Source: Escherichia coli (GTDB lineage: Bacteria > Pseudomonadota > Gammaproteobacteria > Enterobacterales > Enterobacteriaceae). From it: a stretch of DNA of 64,000 bases. The position numbers and the translations under genes were made by a program. The stretch lies in assembly GCF_013122565.1 (NCBI RefSeq), contig NZ_CP053258.1. One strand, written 5' to 3'. The notes under the pieces were generated by a model, which was given only the letters and a program-made list of their open reading frames with translations, searched no databases and had not been told where the DNA came from. This document shows positions 11,147-23,140 of the stretch, piece by piece. Each line of letters opens with the position of its first letter. Within the stretch, counting starts at the first letter, position 1.

Positions 11147-11850
11147 AGGTCGCTCACATCCTTAAGCGTTACCGGGCATTCAGGCTGGACAGTCAATGGC
11201 TGCCAGGGAAGCGTGGCATAGAAACGATCGCTTCCCGCTGCCAGCTCTTCGAACATCCGACTCCCGGCGCTATCGTATTTGTACAGGGTTAGCGCCTCGC
11301 GTAACGAAGCGTTGTCTTCGCATTGAGAAGATTGCCAGTAGAGACGCCCTAGTGAATAGGCAGAAAAATAGTGCATCCAGCTGTGATAGTAATGGTGTGC
11401 TCGGACGTAGACGCGCGATTGCAGCCATAAACTCTCGTCTTCCGTCAGCCACTTGTTGAGCACACCGACCCGTGACAGAAACCCCATTCGAACATAATCC
11501 CAGGCTTTGATTCCACCTTCTCCACAGCACATAGCGGTTTGGGCAACGAATTGGGTATAAATCAACCCTCTCTCCGAGCCACCAGCAATTAATGCTTTCC
11601 ACTCTTCAGGGGAAGAGCGATGCCATGTCAGATATAAGCCAGCTAAATCATTAGCATGACCATCATCAGTCATCTGATAAATAGTCTGAATTAAATCATC
11701 ACGATTATTTATTCCCCAGGATGATGAGAGATCGAATTCTTTTATCCCAGTATACATTTTCGGCGAGTCATGCGCGGGTTTGCAACCCTGATTAAGTATT
11801 TCCATTGGCGCAGAAAGCGCAAAAAGAAGATATTGTTCTTCCTTATTCAT
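11143..11850 (-). CDS. ybeU: DUF1266-family protein YbeU, 235 aa
   Basis: ORF 11143..11850; paralogous to ybeR in this window; translationally coupled to djlC. Confidence 0.85.
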   Translation of the reverse strand: MNKEEQYLLFALSAPMEILNQGCKPAHDSPKMYTGIKEFDLSSSWGINNRDDLIQTIYQMTDDGHANDLAGLYLTWHRSSPEEWKALIAGGSERGLIYTQFVAQTAMCCGEGGIKAWDYVRMGFLSRVGVLNKWLTEDESLWLQSRVYVRAHHYYHSWMHYFSAYSLGRLYWQSSQCEDNASLREALTLYKYDSAGSRMFEELAAGSDRFYATLPWQPLTVQPECPVTLKDVSDL

Positions 11851-11951
11851 TTGTTAATAATCCCTTAAGTGCATTAACTGACTACTTTTTTATTATTGAT
11901 GAGTATAAACTTGACGCTTTCAAAATAAAAAGAAAATCGAATCATTCACAG

Positions 11952-12506
11952 ATGAATAAAAAATTAATGTATATATTCGCAATATTTATAGTTGCAGCAA
12001 TTACCTGTATTAGCCAACCCAAGAAAACGACGTTGCGTGATAAAGCCATGGCGAATTATGCCTTTGATTATTTAAGCTCACCAGGCAGTCTTCCATTCAC
12101 CACGGCAGCCACGGAGCTTTCCGCGATTCATGGTCACTCAACGTCGCAATATCGCCTTGGCGAATTTTATCTTCATGGTAGCGACGGGAAACCACTGGAT
12201 TATACACAGGCGAGATACTGGTATGAGCAATCAGCAGAACAGGAAAATCCACGCGCGCAAAGTAAACTGGGGTGGATCTACCTCAAAGGTCTGGGGGTCA
12301 AACCCGACACCCGTAAAGCAATTCTCTGGTATAAGGAAGCAGCTGAACAAGGGTATGCTCATGCTCAATATACTTTAGGTTTGATCTACAGAAATGGCTC
12401 AGGTATTAATGTTAACCATTATGAATCTCAAAAATGGTTAAAACTGGCCGCCAAACAACATTACAAAAATGCGGAAAGATTACTTGCCGGGCTTCCCGCA
12501 CATTAA
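11952..12506 (+). CDS. ybeT: Sel1-repeat protein YbeT, 184 aa
   Basis: Internal ATG at 11952 (MNKKLMYIF..., signal/TM-like N-terminus); Sel1-type repeats; longer ORF from 11805 rejected. Confidence 0.75.
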   Translation: MNKKLMYIFAIFIVAAITCISQPKKTTLRDKAMANYAFDYLSSPGSLPFTTAATELSAIHGHSTSQYRLGEFYLHGSDGKPLDYTQARYWYEQSAEQENPRAQSKLGWIYLKGLGVKPDTRKAILWYKEAAEQGYAHAQYTLGLIYRNGSGINVNHYESQKWLKLAAKQHYKNAERLLAGLPAH

Positions 12507-12515
12507 CGTCGACGG

Positions 12516-13943
12516 TCACCCGAACAGATGGAGTATTTTCCCTATCAAACCAGCAAAGATAAAAATATAGAAAATAATTTTGATGACGCCCAGACAGCCC
12601 GGCCCACCATCATCAACGGGCATTGGTTGCGGTTGCGGCTCCGGTTCGACGGTTTGCTTCTCGGCAAAATTCGCCGACTGAATTAATAACCGTCGAATAA
12701 TTAATGCCTCCAGAGGACAACGATCTTCTGCATCAAGGCGGCTCACAATCGGCATTAATGATTCTTCTGTAGGTTGGCTGGCCTGCACTAATTGTTTGGC
12801 AACTAGATATAATGGCCATAAGGTATGTTCTGTATCACGCGTGAGTGAGATCCGCGGCTTACGTCCTTTGTGCAAAACCATCTCGACCAGTGAACGCCCC
12901 AGAGCAGAGAGTTTTTCATCGCTGAGTATTTCGTATAAATGAAAACGCGTACGGGCGCTGTCGCCGGGGACATAAAGTAGCGGTTTTCCCTGGTCGTTAA
13001 CCAGTTCACGAGCTTCAATCATCATCACCACTAACGGGTAATAATCGACCCGATGCTGACGACACCATTGCAACATTAAAGCATCCGCCTGGGTGGAGGG
13101 ATACTCGCGCCAGTAGTCACAAAGTTCTGCCAGCAGGCTTTCGCCTTCTCCACAATAGACGCGTTGCGCGTATTCATAATAACGCGCATCTTCATTATCA
13201 GGTTCAGCTTCCCGCCACGACCGGGCGTAATCCAGGAGTTCGGGGATATCCAGGCGACCTGCGCTATACCAGCGGAGTAAATTTCTGTGCAGTTTTGCAT
13301 CATCGGGGATAATCACTGCGCGATGTTGCGATAAATACAATGTCAGCCATTCTGGATGCGATGACCAAATCCGGGCGAACATTTGGTAAAAATCGATGGT
13401 GTCATTTTGCACGGCAACGGGCAGATGCAGAATGGTCTGGAAGTTAAAAACATTTCCCTTCGCAATGGCATATAAAAAGGATTCCAGTTCTTCTTCGTCT
13501 ATTTCCCCGGTGTTTTCCTCCTGCAACCACCGCAATCTTTCTGCTAATAACACCACACACTCGAAGGATAAATGGGCAGTGTTCATGGCGATTGTGCACA
13601 GCGACCAGCGTAATTCATCAATCTCTTCCATTGAGCAATAATTTAATTGCTGAATGAATCGCTGCCAGGCGGAAGGCAGAAAACGTTCGCTATCAGAAGC
13701 AAGTAAAGCACGAAAGGCGAGCAGAATTTCATGTTCTGCTACCTCATATTCTTCTGGTTGCCAAACAGATTTAGCAGGCGACTGCGCAATCCGTAGCGCC
13801 TCCTCATACGCCTGACGAAGTTGTTTAAAACCCTGCGGATCGGTTTCTGGATGAAAGGACGGTAACAGCGCCAGATAAGCGCGGCGGATAATATCGACGT
13901 CAGTCGTTTCCTCTATGTTGAGGATCTTCCAGCAATTTTTCAT
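12516..13943 (-). CDS. djlB: J-domain co-chaperone DjlB, 475 aa, C-terminal membrane anchor
   Basis: Paralog of djlC (N-terminal [39 protein letters not shown]); hydrophobic C-terminus. Confidence 0.85.
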   Translation of the reverse strand: MKNCWKILNIEETTDVDIIRRAYLALLPSFHPETDPQGFKQLRQAYEEALRIAQSPAKSVWQPEEYEVAEHEILLAFRALLASDSERFLPSAWQRFIQQLNYCSMEEIDELRWSLCTIAMNTAHLSFECVVLLAERLRWLQEENTGEIDEEELESFLYAIAKGNVFNFQTILHLPVAVQNDTIDFYQMFARIWSSHPEWLTLYLSQHRAVIIPDDAKLHRNLLRWYSAGRLDIPELLDYARSWREAEPDNEDARYYEYAQRVYCGEGESLLAELCDYWREYPSTQADALMLQWCRQHRVDYYPLVVMMIEARELVNDQGKPLLYVPGDSARTRFHLYEILSDEKLSALGRSLVEMVLHKGRKPRISLTRDTEHTLWPLYLVAKQLVQASQPTEESLMPIVSRLDAEDRCPLEALIIRRLLIQSANFAEKQTVEPEPQPQPMPVDDGGPGCLGVIKIIFYIFIFAGLIGKILHLFG

Positions 13944-14647
13944 AGGTCGCTCATATCCTTAAGCGTTTCAGGGCATGCAGAATAGTAAGCCAATGGTTGC
14001 CAGGACAAGGTAGGGTAATACGCATCATCACTGGCAAATAATTGATAAAACATATCATTGCCGGAATCGTCGTATTCTTTACGCGCTAAGAATTCACGTA
14101 ATAACTGAAGATTATCATCTTCGGGAGACTGCCAATATTGCCGACCAAAGGTATAACCGGCAAAGTATTGCTGCCAGTTACTATAATAACGTAGCGCCCG
14201 TAGATGAATGCGCGACTGGATCCATAGACTTTCTTCTTCGCTCAACCAGTTATTAAGTACGCCCATTCGGCTTAAAAAACCCATCCGGACATAATCCCAG
14301 GCTTTGATTCCCCCTTCGCCACAGCATTCGGCGGTGCTGGCGACAAATTGCGCATAAGCCTGACCTTGCTCATTTAGTTCAGCAAGATAGTCACGCCATT
14401 CACACGGAGAATAACGAAACCAGCGGTGATAAAACCCTGCCAACCGAGCGGCATGACCGTTATCGATCATTCGGTGAATTGTGCGCAGCAGGTCATCACG
14501 GTCATCAATTCCCCATGAGGAAGAAAGGTCAAAAAAGCATGTACCTAAATACATTTTGGGAGATGAATGCGAAGGTAAACAGCATTCATTGCGTATTTCC
14601 ATCGGAGTGGAAAGTGCAAACAATATTTTTTGCGACCCCATGTCCAT
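13940..14647 (-). CDS. ybeR: DUF1266-family protein YbeR, 235 aa
   Basis: ORF 13940..14647; paralog of ybeU; 4-nt overlap with djlB start. Confidence 0.85.
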   Translation of the reverse strand: MDMGSQKILFALSTPMEIRNECCLPSHSSPKMYLGTCFFDLSSSWGIDDRDDLLRTIHRMIDNGHAARLAGFYHRWFRYSPCEWRDYLAELNEQGQAYAQFVASTAECCGEGGIKAWDYVRMGFLSRMGVLNNWLSEEESLWIQSRIHLRALRYYSNWQQYFAGYTFGRQYWQSPEDDNLQLLREFLARKEYDDSGNDMFYQLFASDDAYYPTLSWQPLAYYSACPETLKDMSDL

Positions 14648-14804
14648 ATAATTTATCCTTAAACATTCATTTAATGAATGTAAACTACATTTCGAGACTC
14701 AGTTATTTATACTTTTCTGACGCAACATAATACGCATAAAATAAGGCTTACGCAAAAATGGAACACATAAAAATATAATATGTTTTATCTACAACCATAA
14801 GGAA

Positions 14805-15788
14805 ATGATAATGATTTTTACGTCAAGTTGCTGCGATAATTTATCAATAGATGAGATTATCGAACGTGCTGAAAAAGGCGATTGCGAGGCTCAATATATT
14901 GTTGGGTTTTATTATAATCGCGATAGCGCAATTGACTCTCCGGACGACGAAAAGGCCTTTTACTGGCTGAAGCTGGCCGCTGAGCAAGGTCATTGTGAAG
15001 CACAATATTCCTTAGGGCAAAAGTATACCGAGGATAAAAGCCGTCATAAAGATAATGAGCAAGCCATCTTTTGGCTGAAAAAAGCTGCCCTACAAGGCCA
15101 TACTTTCGCTTCCAACGCCCTTGGCTGGATACTGGATCGTGGAGAAGACCCCAACTATAAAGAAGCGGTTGCCTGGTATCAGATAGCCGCGGAGAGCGGA
15201 ATGTCTTATGCGCAAAATAATCTTGGGTGGATGTACAGAAATGGCAACGGAGTCGCACAAGACTATACGCTGGCATTTTTCTGGTACAAACAAGCTGCAT
15301 TACAAGGCCATAGTGACGCGCAAAACAATCTGGCCGATCTTTATGAAGACGGAAAAGGCGTTGCTCAAAACGAGACACTCGCCGCATTCTGGTATTTGAA
15401 AAGCGCACAGCAGGGTAATCGGCATGCTCAGTTTCAAATTGCATGGGATTATAACGCTGGCGAAGGGGTGGACCAGGACTATAAGCAAGCGATGTACTGG
15501 TATCTGAAGGCTGCCGCTCAGGGGAGCGTCGGCGCTTACGTCAACATCGGTTATATGTATAAACACGGACAAGGCGTTGAGAAAGATTATCAGGCCGCCT
15601 TTGAATGGTTTACGAAAGCCGCTGAATGCAATGACGCCACAGCCTGGTATAACCTGGCCATTATGTATCACTACGGAGAAGGAAGACCTGTCGATCTCCG
15701 ACAGGCTCTCGACCTGTATCGTAAAGTTCAGTCATCCGGAACCAGAGATGTCAGTCAAGAAATTCGTGAGATTGAAGATTTACTGTAG
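14805..15788 (+). CDS. ybeQ: Sel1-repeat (TPR-like) protein YbeQ, about 325 aa
   Basis: Multiple Sel1 repeats (…A.WY.KAA.QG… pattern) in translation; start may be the ATG at 14811. Confidence 0.85.
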   Translation: MIMIFTSSCCDNLSIDEIIERAEKGDCEAQYIVGFYYNRDSAIDSPDDEKAFYWLKLAAEQGHCEAQYSLGQKYTEDKSRHKDNEQAIFWLKKAALQGHTFASNALGWILDRGEDPNYKEAVAWYQIAAESGMSYAQNNLGWMYRNGNGVAQDYTLAFFWYKQAALQGHSDAQNNLADLYEDGKGVAQNETLAAFWYLKSAQQGNRHAQFQIAWDYNAGEGVDQDYKQAMYWYLKAAAQGSVGAYVNIGYMYKHGQGVEKDYQAAFEWFTKAAECNDATAWYNLAIMYHYGEGRPVDLRQALDLYRKVQSSGTRDVSQEIREIEDLL

Positions 15789-15857
15789 AGATAAAAACAA
15801 GGGCCGGGGAATTTCATTCGGCCCATATTCTATTTATTACTCTGCGTAATCAGACTA

Positions 15858-16340
15858 TTACGGCTCAAACGGGCGTCTCTGGAACTGATCATGACCACAT
15901 TTCGGGCATAGCGTCAGCACTTCCGGTGTGTAGATCGGGAGATGGAAGTGACATTTCTCGCAGACCAGATTCCCCAGCCCTACCACTTCTCCGCTGTGAT
16001 AAACCCCATGATGATTGAGGTCCTGGAAAACTTCGCGCCATTCAAGCTGCGTTTTATCGGTGATGTCTGCCAGCTCCTGCCATAAGCTTTCTTTAATCAC
16101 CCGCATAAAGACGCTGTCAGATTCTTCTTTCAGGCTCTCTTCATAGCTCATGGCGAACTCTTCCAGGTCACGTCTGACAGCTCGCGTCAGCTCATCGACC
16201 TCGGTTCGCGTTAACTCCCCTGTTTTTATTACGCGCTCGCGCGCCTGTTCCACCAGTGCGTCGATATCACGTTCGCCATTGCGCAGACGTTCGCTCAGTG
16301 ACGCGACCAGTTCACGGTAATATTGAGCAACCTTGTTCAT
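15858..16340 (-). CDS. ybeL: Zinc-ribbon DUF1451 protein YbeL, 160 aa
   Basis: ORF 15858..16340; C-terminal CEKCHF…CPKCG zinc-ribbon. Confidence 0.85.
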   Translation of the reverse strand: MNKVAQYYRELVASLSERLRNGERDIDALVEQARERVIKTGELTRTEVDELTRAVRRDLEEFAMSYEESLKEESDSVFMRVIKESLWQELADITDKTQLEWREVFQDLNHHGVYHSGEVVGLGNLVCEKCHFHLPIYTPEVLTLCPKCGHDQFQRRPFEP

Positions 16341-16574
16341 CGTTTCATCTCCCGGGTCGTTAACTGACTATAATAATAGACGTTCTTTGTTCCTTGCTTT
16401 GCTAATACGCCCACAAACTCTGTAAATTAATGTATGAATAATCCGGGCATCATTTCAACGTCGAGTGCGCGAAAGGCTGTTTTGACGCGGACGTTTGGGC
16501 TATGCTATGCGGATCTGAAAAACCACCTCAACGCTACATTTGTAGCCGTATTGAAAACAGGACCACTGGCTGCC

Positions 16575-19157
16575 ATGCAAGAGCAATACCGCCCGGAAGA
16601 GATAGAATCCAAAGTACAGCTTCATTGGGATGAGAAGCGCACATTTGAAGTAACCGAAGACGAGAGCAAAGAGAAGTATTACTGCCTGTCTATGCTTCCC
16701 TATCCTTCTGGTCGACTACACATGGGCCACGTACGTAACTACACCATCGGTGACGTGATCGCCCGCTACCAGCGTATGCTGGGCAAAAACGTCCTGCAGC
16801 CGATCGGCTGGGACGCGTTTGGTCTGCCTGCGGAAGGCGCGGCGGTGAAAAACAACACTGCACCGGCACCGTGGACGTACGACAACATCGCGTATATGAA
16901 AAACCAGCTCAAAATGCTGGGCTTTGGTTATGACTGGAGCCGCGAGCTGGCAACCTGTACGCCGGAATACTACCGTTGGGAACAAAAATTCTTCACCGAG
17001 CTGTATAAAAAAGGCCTGGTATATAAAAAGACTTCTGCGGTCAACTGGTGCCCGAACGACCAGACCGTACTGGCGAACGAACAAGTTATCGACGGCTGCT
17101 GCTGGCGCTGCGATACCAAAGTTGAACGTAAAGAGATCCCGCAGTGGTTTATCAAAATCACCGCTTACGCTGACGAGCTACTCAACGATCTGGATAAACT
17201 GGATCACTGGCCAGACACCGTTAAAACCATGCAGCGTAACTGGATCGGTCGTTCCGAAGGCGTGGAAATCACCTTCAACGTTAACGACTATGACAACACG
17301 CTGACCGTTTACACTACCCGCCCGGACACCTTTATGGGTTGCACCTACCTGGCGGTAGCTGCGGGTCATCCGCTGGCGCAGAAAGCGGCGGAAAATAATC
17401 CTGAACTGGCGGCCTTTATTGACGAATGCCGTAACACCAAAGTTGCTGAAGCTGAAATGGCGACGATGGAGAAAAAAGGCGTCGATACTGGCTTTAAAGC
17501 TGTTCACCCATTAACGGGCGAAGAAATTCCCGTTTGGGCAGCAAACTTCGTATTGATGGAGTACGGCACGGGCGCAGTAATGGCGGTTCCGGGGCACGAC
17601 CAACGCGACTACGAGTTTGCCTCTAAATACGGCCTGAACATCAAACCGGTTATCCTGACGGCTGACGGCTCTGAGCCAGATCTTTCTCAGCAAGCCCTGA
17701 CTGAAAAAGGCGTGCTGTTCAACTCTGGCGAATTCAACGGTCTTGACCATGAAGCGGCCTTCAACGCCATCGCCGATAAACTGACTGCGATGGGCGTTGG
17801 CGAGCGTAAAGTGAACTACCGCCTGCGCGACTGGGGCGTTTCTCGTCAGCGTTACTGGGGCGCGCCAATTCCGATGGTAACGCTGGAAGACGGCACTGTG
17901 ATGCCGACCCCGGACGACCAGCTGCCTGTGATCCTGCCGGAAGATGTGGTGATGGACGGCATTACCAGCCCGATTAAAGCAGATCCTGAGTGGGCAAAAA
18001 CTACCGTTAACGGTATGCCAGCGCTGCGTGAAACCGACACTTTCGACACCTTTATGGAGTCCTCCTGGTACTATGCGCGCTACACTTGCCCGCAGTACAA
18101 AGAAGGTATGCTGGATTCCGAAGCGGCTAACTACTGGCTGCCGGTGGATATCTACATTGGTGGTATCGAACACGCCATTATGCACCTGCTCTACTTCCGC
18201 TTCTTCCACAAACTGATGCGTGATGCAGGCATGGTGAACTCTGACGAACCAGCGAAACAGTTGCTGTGTCAGGGTATGGTGCTGGCAGATGCCTTCTACT
18301 ATGTTGGCGAAAACGGCGAACGTAACTGGGTTTCCCCGGTTGATGCTATCGTTGAACGTGACGAGAAAGGCCGTATCGTGAAAGCGAAAGATGCGGCAGG
18401 CCATGAACTGGTTTATACCGGCATGAGCAAAATGTCCAAGTCGAAGAACAACGGTATCGACCCGCAGGTGATGGTTGAACGTTACGGCGCGGACACCGTT
18501 CGTCTGTTTATGATGTTTGCTTCTCCGGCTGATATGACTCTCGAATGGCAGGAATCCGGCGTAGAAGGGGCTAACCGCTTCCTGAAACGTGTCTGGAAAC
18601 TGGTGTACGAGCATACAGCAAAAGGAGATGTTGCGGCACTGAACGTTGATGCACTGACTGAAGATCAGAAAGCGCTGCGTCGTGATGTGCATAAAACTAT
18701 CGCTAAAGTGACCGATGATATCGGCCGTCGTCAGACCTTCAACACCGCAATTGCGGCGATTATGGAGCTGATGAACAAACTGGCGAAAGCACCGACCGAT
18801 GGCGAGCAGGATCGCGCTCTGATGCAGGAAGCTCTGCTGGCCGTTGTCCGTATGCTTAACCCGTTCACCCCGCACATCTGCTTCACGCTGTGGCAGGAAC
18901 TGAAAGGCGAAGGAGATATCGACAACGCGCCGTGGCCGGTTGCTGACGAAAAAGCGATGGTGGAAGACTCCACGCTGGTTGTGGTGCAGGTTAACGGTAA
19001 AGTCCGTGCCAAAATCACCGTTCCGGTGGACGCAACGGAAGAACAGGTTCGCGAACGTGCTGGCCAGGAACATCTGGTAGCAAAATATCTTGATGGCGTT
19101 ACCGTGCGTAAAGTGATTTACGTACCAGGTAAACTCCTCAATCTGGTCGTTGGCTAA
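16575..19157 (+). CDS. leuS: Leucyl-tRNA synthetase, 860 aa
   Basis: ATG at 16575; HMGH (HIGH) and KMSKS motifs in translation; upstream in-frame extension rejected. Confidence 0.97.
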   Translation: MQEQYRPEEIESKVQLHWDEKRTFEVTEDESKEKYYCLSMLPYPSGRLHMGHVRNYTIGDVIARYQRMLGKNVLQPIGWDAFGLPAEGAAVKNNTAPAPWTYDNIAYMKNQLKMLGFGYDWSRELATCTPEYYRWEQKFFTELYKKGLVYKKTSAVNWCPNDQTVLANEQVIDGCCWRCDTKVERKEIPQWFIKITAYADELLNDLDKLDHWPDTVKTMQRNWIGRSEGVEITFNVNDYDNTLTVYTTRPDTFMGCTYLAVAAGHPLAQKAAENNPELAAFIDECRNTKVAEAEMATMEKKGVDTGFKAVHPLTGEEIPVWAANFVLMEYGTGAVMAVPGHDQRDYEFASKYGLNIKPVILTADGSEPDLSQQALTEKGVLFNSGEFNGLDHEAAFNAIADKLTAMGVGERKVNYRLRDWGVSRQRYWGAPIPMVTLEDGTVMPTPDDQLPVILPEDVVMDGITSPIKADPEWAKTTVNGMPALRETDTFDTFMESSWYYARYTCPQYKEGMLDSEAANYWLPVDIYIGGIEHAIMHLLYFRFFHKLMRDAGMVNSDEPAKQLLCQGMVLADAFYYVGENGERNWVSPVDAIVERDEKGRIVKAKDAAGHELVYTGMSKMSKSKNNGIDPQVMVERYGADTVRLFMMFASPADMTLEWQESGVEGANRFLKRVWKLVYEHTAKGDVAALNVDALTEDQKALRRDVHKTIAKVTDDIGRRQTFNTAIAAIMELMNKLAKAPTDGEQDRALMQEALLAVVRMLNPFTPHICFTLWQELKGEGDIDNAPWPVADEKAMVEDSTLVVVQVNGKVRAKITVPVDATEEQVRERAGQEHLVAKYLDGVTVRKVIYVPGKLLNLVVG

Positions 19158-19171
19158 GCGCGGGAGGAAGC

Positions 19172-19753
19172 GTGCGATATCTGGCAACATTGTTGTTATC
19201 TCTGGCGGTGTTAATCACCGCCGGGTGTGGCTGGCATCTGCGTGATACCACGCAGGTTCCTTCCACTATGAAGGTCATGATTCTGGACTCAGGCGATCCG
19301 AACGGGCCATTAAGCCGTGCGGTGCGTAACCAGTTACGTCTGAATGGTGTCGAGTTGCTTGATAAAGAAACCACGCGTAAGGACGTTCCATCCCTGCGTT
19401 TGGGTGCTGTATCAATCTCGCAGGATACCGCGTCGGTTTTCCGTAATGGTCAAACTGCGGAATATCAGATGGTGATGACTGTTAGCGCGTCGGTATTGAT
19501 TCCTGGACGAGATATCTACCCGATTAGCGCCAAAGTCTTCCGTTCGTTCTTCGATAACCCGCAAATGGCGTTAGCGAAAGATAACGAGCAGGAAATGATC
19601 ATTAAAGAGATGTACGACCGTGCTGCCGAACAGCTGATTCGTAAGCTACCAAGCATCCGTGCTGCGGATATTCGTTCCGACGAAGAACAGACGTCGACCA
19701 CAACGGATACTCCGGCAACGCCTGCACGCGTCTCCACCACGCTGGGTAACTGA
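19172..19753 (+). CDS. lptE: LPS assembly lipoprotein LptE, 193 aa
   Basis: GTG start at 19172; lipobox LITAGCG; 14 nt after leuS stop. Confidence 0.9.
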   Translation: MRYLATLLLSLAVLITAGCGWHLRDTTQVPSTMKVMILDSGDPNGPLSRAVRNQLRLNGVELLDKETTRKDVPSLRLGAVSISQDTASVFRNGQTAEYQMVMTVSASVLIPGRDIYPISAKVFRSFFDNPQMALAKDNEQEMIIKEMYDRAAEQLIRKLPSIRAADIRSDEEQTSTTTDTPATPARVSTTLGN

Positions 19754-20784
19754 TGATTCGGTTGTACCCGGAACAACTCCGCGCGCAGCTCAATGAAGGG
19801 CTGCGCGCGGCGTATCTTTTACTTGGTAACGATCCTCTGTTATTGCAGGAAAGCCAGGACGCTATTCGTCAGGTAGCTGCGGCACAAGGATTCGAAGAAC
19901 ACCACACTTTTTCCATTGATCCCAATACTGACTGGAATGCGATCTTTTCGTTATGCCAGGCTATGAGTCTGTTTGCCAGTCGACAAACGCTATTGCTGTT
20001 GTTACCAGAAAACGGACCAAATGCGGCGATCAATGAACACCTCCTCACGCTCACCGGATTGCTGCATGACGACCTGCTGTTGATCGTCCGCGGTAATAAA
20101 TTAAGCAAAGCGCAAGAAAATGCCGCCTGGTTTACTGCTCTTGCGAATCGAAGCGTGCAGGTGACCTGTCAGACACCGGAGCAGGTTCAGCTTCCCCGCT
20201 GGGTTGCTGCGCGCGCAAAACAGCTCAACTTAGAACTGGATGACGCAGCAAATCAGGTGCTCTGCTACTGTTATGAAGGTAACCTGCTGGCGCTGGCCCA
20301 GGCACTGGAGCGTTTATCGCTGCTCTGGCCAGACGGCAAACTGACATTACCGCGCGTTGAACAGGCGGTGAATGATGCCGCGCATTTCACCCCTTTTCAT
20401 TGGGTTGATGCTTTGTTGATGGGAAAAAGTAAGCGCGCGTTGCATATTCTTCAGCAACTGCGTCTGGAAGGCAGCGAGCCGGTTATTTTGTTGCGCACAT
20501 TACAACGTGAACTGTTGTTACTGGTTAACCTGAAACGCCAGTCTGCCCATACGCCACTGCGTGCGTTGTTTGATAAGCATCGGGTATGGCAGAACCGCCG
20601 GGGCATGATGGGCGAGGCGTTAAATCGCTTAAGCCAGCCGCAGTTACGTCAGGCCGTGCAACTCCTGACACGAACGGAACTCACCCTCAAACAAGATTAC
20701 GGTCAGTCAGTGTGGGCAGAGCTGGAAGGGTTATCTCTTCTGTTGTGCCATAAACCCCTGGCGGACGTATTTATCGACGGTTGA
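19753..20784 (+). CDS. holA: DNA polymerase III delta subunit, 343 aa
   Basis: ORF 19753..20784; start overlaps lptE stop; recognised sequence. Confidence 0.9.
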
Positions 20785-20785
20785 T

Positions 20786-21427
20786 ATGAAATCTTTACAG
20801 GCTCTGTTTGGCGGCACCTTTGATCCGGTGCACTATGGTCATCTTAAACCCGTGGAAACGCTGGCGAATTTGATTGGTCTGACGCGGGTCACAATCATCC
20901 CTAATAATGTTCCTCCGCATCGTCCCCAGCCGGAAGCGAACAGCGTACAGCGTAAACACATGCTTGAACTGGCGATTGCCGACAAGCCATTATTTACTCT
21001 TGATGAACGCGAGCTAAAGCGCAATGCCCCCTCTTACACTGCGCAAACACTGAAAGAGTGGCGGCAGGAACAAGGGCCGGACGTGCCGCTGGCGTTTATT
21101 ATTGGTCAGGATTCATTGCTGACCTTTCCGACCTGGTACGAATACGAAACGATACTCGACAATGCACATTTGATTGTCTGTCGGCGTCCAGGCTACCCAC
21201 TTGAAATGGCGCAACCGCAATACCAACAATGGCTGGAAGATCATTTGACACATAACCCGGAAGATCTTCACCTTCAGCCTGCTGGTAAAATTTATCTGGC
21301 TGAAACGCCGTGGTTTAACATCTCGGCGACCATCATCCGCGAACGTTTGCAAAACGGTGAATCGTGTGAGGATTTATTGCCGGAACCGGTACTCACTTAC
21401 ATTAACCAACAAGGCTTGTATCGCTGA
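20786..21427 (+). CDS. nadD: Nicotinate-nucleotide adenylyltransferase, 213 aa
   Basis: [11 protein letters not shown] nucleotidyltransferase motif. Confidence 0.95.
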
Positions 21428-21450
21428 TACCTGTCGTTACGGAGGGCATC

Positions 21451-22062
21451 ATGCGACTGTGGTTAATTCGTCATGGCGAAACGCAAGCGAATGTCGATGG
21501 TCTGTACAGCGGTCATGCGCCCACTCCCCTGACCGCGCGCGGTATTGAGCAAGCGCAAAATCTGCATACACTGCTACATGATGTTTCCTTTGACCTGGTT
21601 TTATGCAGTGAACTGGAACGGGCACAGCATACCGCGCGACTGGTTCTCAGTGACCGCCAGCTCCCCGTGCAAATCATCCCTGAACTCAACGAAATGTTTT
21701 TTGGCGACTGGGAGATGCGACATCATCGCGACCTCATGCAAGAAGATGCCGAAAACTATAGCGCGTGGTGCAATGACTGGCAGCATGCTATCCCCACGAA
21801 CGGTGAAGGATTTCAGGCATTTTCGCAACGTGTGGAACGCTTTATCGCAAGGCTTAGTGAATATCAGCACTATCAGAATATTTTAATCGTCAGCCATCAG
21901 GGCGTACTGAGTCTGTTAATGGCTCGTTTAATTGGCATGCCTGCCGAGTCTATGTGGCATTTTCGCGTTGACCAGGGGTGTTGGAGCGCCATTGATATCA
22001 ACCAAAAATTCGCGACGCTACGCGTCCTCAATAGCCGTGCCATCGGGGTCGAGAATGCATGA
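21451..22062 (+). CDS. cobC: Alpha-ribazole phosphatase / histidine-phosphatase family protein, 203 aa
   Basis: RHGET catalytic motif (LIRHGETQAN) at N-terminus. Confidence 0.9.
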   Translation: MRLWLIRHGETQANVDGLYSGHAPTPLTARGIEQAQNLHTLLHDVSFDLVLCSELERAQHTARLVLSDRQLPVQIIPELNEMFFGDWEMRHHRDLMQEDAENYSAWCNDWQHAIPTNGEGFQAFSQRVERFIARLSEYQHYQNILIVSHQGVLSLLMARLIGMPAESMWHFRVDQGCWSAIDINQKFATLRVLNSRAIGVENA

Positions 22063-22098
22063 CTTTTCTGTTTTTTTACGGGTAAGCCGCAACGACCA

Positions 22099-22126
22099 TT
22101 GACAGCCCCGGGCAGGCTGATATTCT
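22099..22126 (+). promoter_or_regulatory. Candidate sigma-70 promoter (TTGACA-16-TATTCT) in cobC-rsfS spacer
   Basis: Consensus -35 hexamer at 22099-22104 and -10-like hexamer at 22121-22126. Confidence 0.35.
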
Positions 22127-22303
22127 CCGCAGCCAGACTTTTTCCGCCAGACACGACTTTGTAGAAATTGTTTTACAAAAATGGCGATGCAATCTGCGGC
22201 GCGGGGTGGGATGATAGCCCACTTTCGAAAGCCGATTCGGCGACAATTGTCCCGAAATCGCCTCTGGTTCAGGTATACTGACAGACCATTTTTATCTATT
22301 TGA

Positions 22304-22639
<336 letters not shown>

Positions 22640-22642
22640 TGC

Positions 22643-23110
22643 GTGAAGCTGCAACTTGTCGCCGTGGGAACGAAAATGCCGGACTGGGTACAAACCGGTT
22701 TTACCGAGTACCTGCGTCGTTTTCCGAAAGATATGCCCTTCGAGCTGATTGAAATTCCGGCCGGAAAACGCGGCAAGAATGCGGACATCAAGCGCATACT
22801 CGACAAAGAGGGTGAGCAGATGTTGGCGGCCGCAGGCAAAAACCGCATTGTCACCCTCGATATTCCAGGCAAGCCCTGGGATACGCCGCAGTTAGCCGCT
22901 GAGCTGGAACGCTGGAAGCTGGATGGTCGCGACGTCAGTCTACTGATTGGCGGGCCTGAAGGGTTGTCGCCTGCCTGTAAAGCGGCGGCTGAGCAGAGCT
23001 GGTCGCTGTCGGCGCTTACCCTCCCCCATCCGCTGGTTCGCGTGCTGGTCGCAGAGAGTCTGTACCGGGCGTGGAGCATCACCACCAACCATCCTTATCA
23101 CCGTGAGTGA
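22643..23110 (+). CDS. rlmH: 23S rRNA (pseudouridine1915-N3)-methyltransferase RlmH, 155 aa
   Basis: GTG start 3 nt after rsfS stop; SPOUT-family sequence. Confidence 0.9.
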
Positions 23111-23140
23111 TAAGGGAGCTTTGAGTAGAAAACGCAGCGG

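Noticed and set aside
16434-16574. N-terminally extended leuS ORF (907 aa) and similar upstream extensions for gltI (3537), rihA (6914), ybeT (11805), citC (39367), citF (41751), rna (46343), ahpF, entA, tatE, cspE, pagP, dpiB
   Set aside because: The extensions lack homology-like sequence. Internal ATG or GTG starts give the protein lengths expected for these families and are preceded by Shine-Dalgarno-like sequences.
17511-19190. Long antisense ORF (559 aa) opposite leuS, and similar antisense ORFs opposite mrdA, citE, citF, cstA, ybdH, entB
   Set aside because: They lie entirely within well-supported genes on the opposite strand and have low-complexity Arg/His/Val-rich translations typical of chance ORFs on the non-coding strand.
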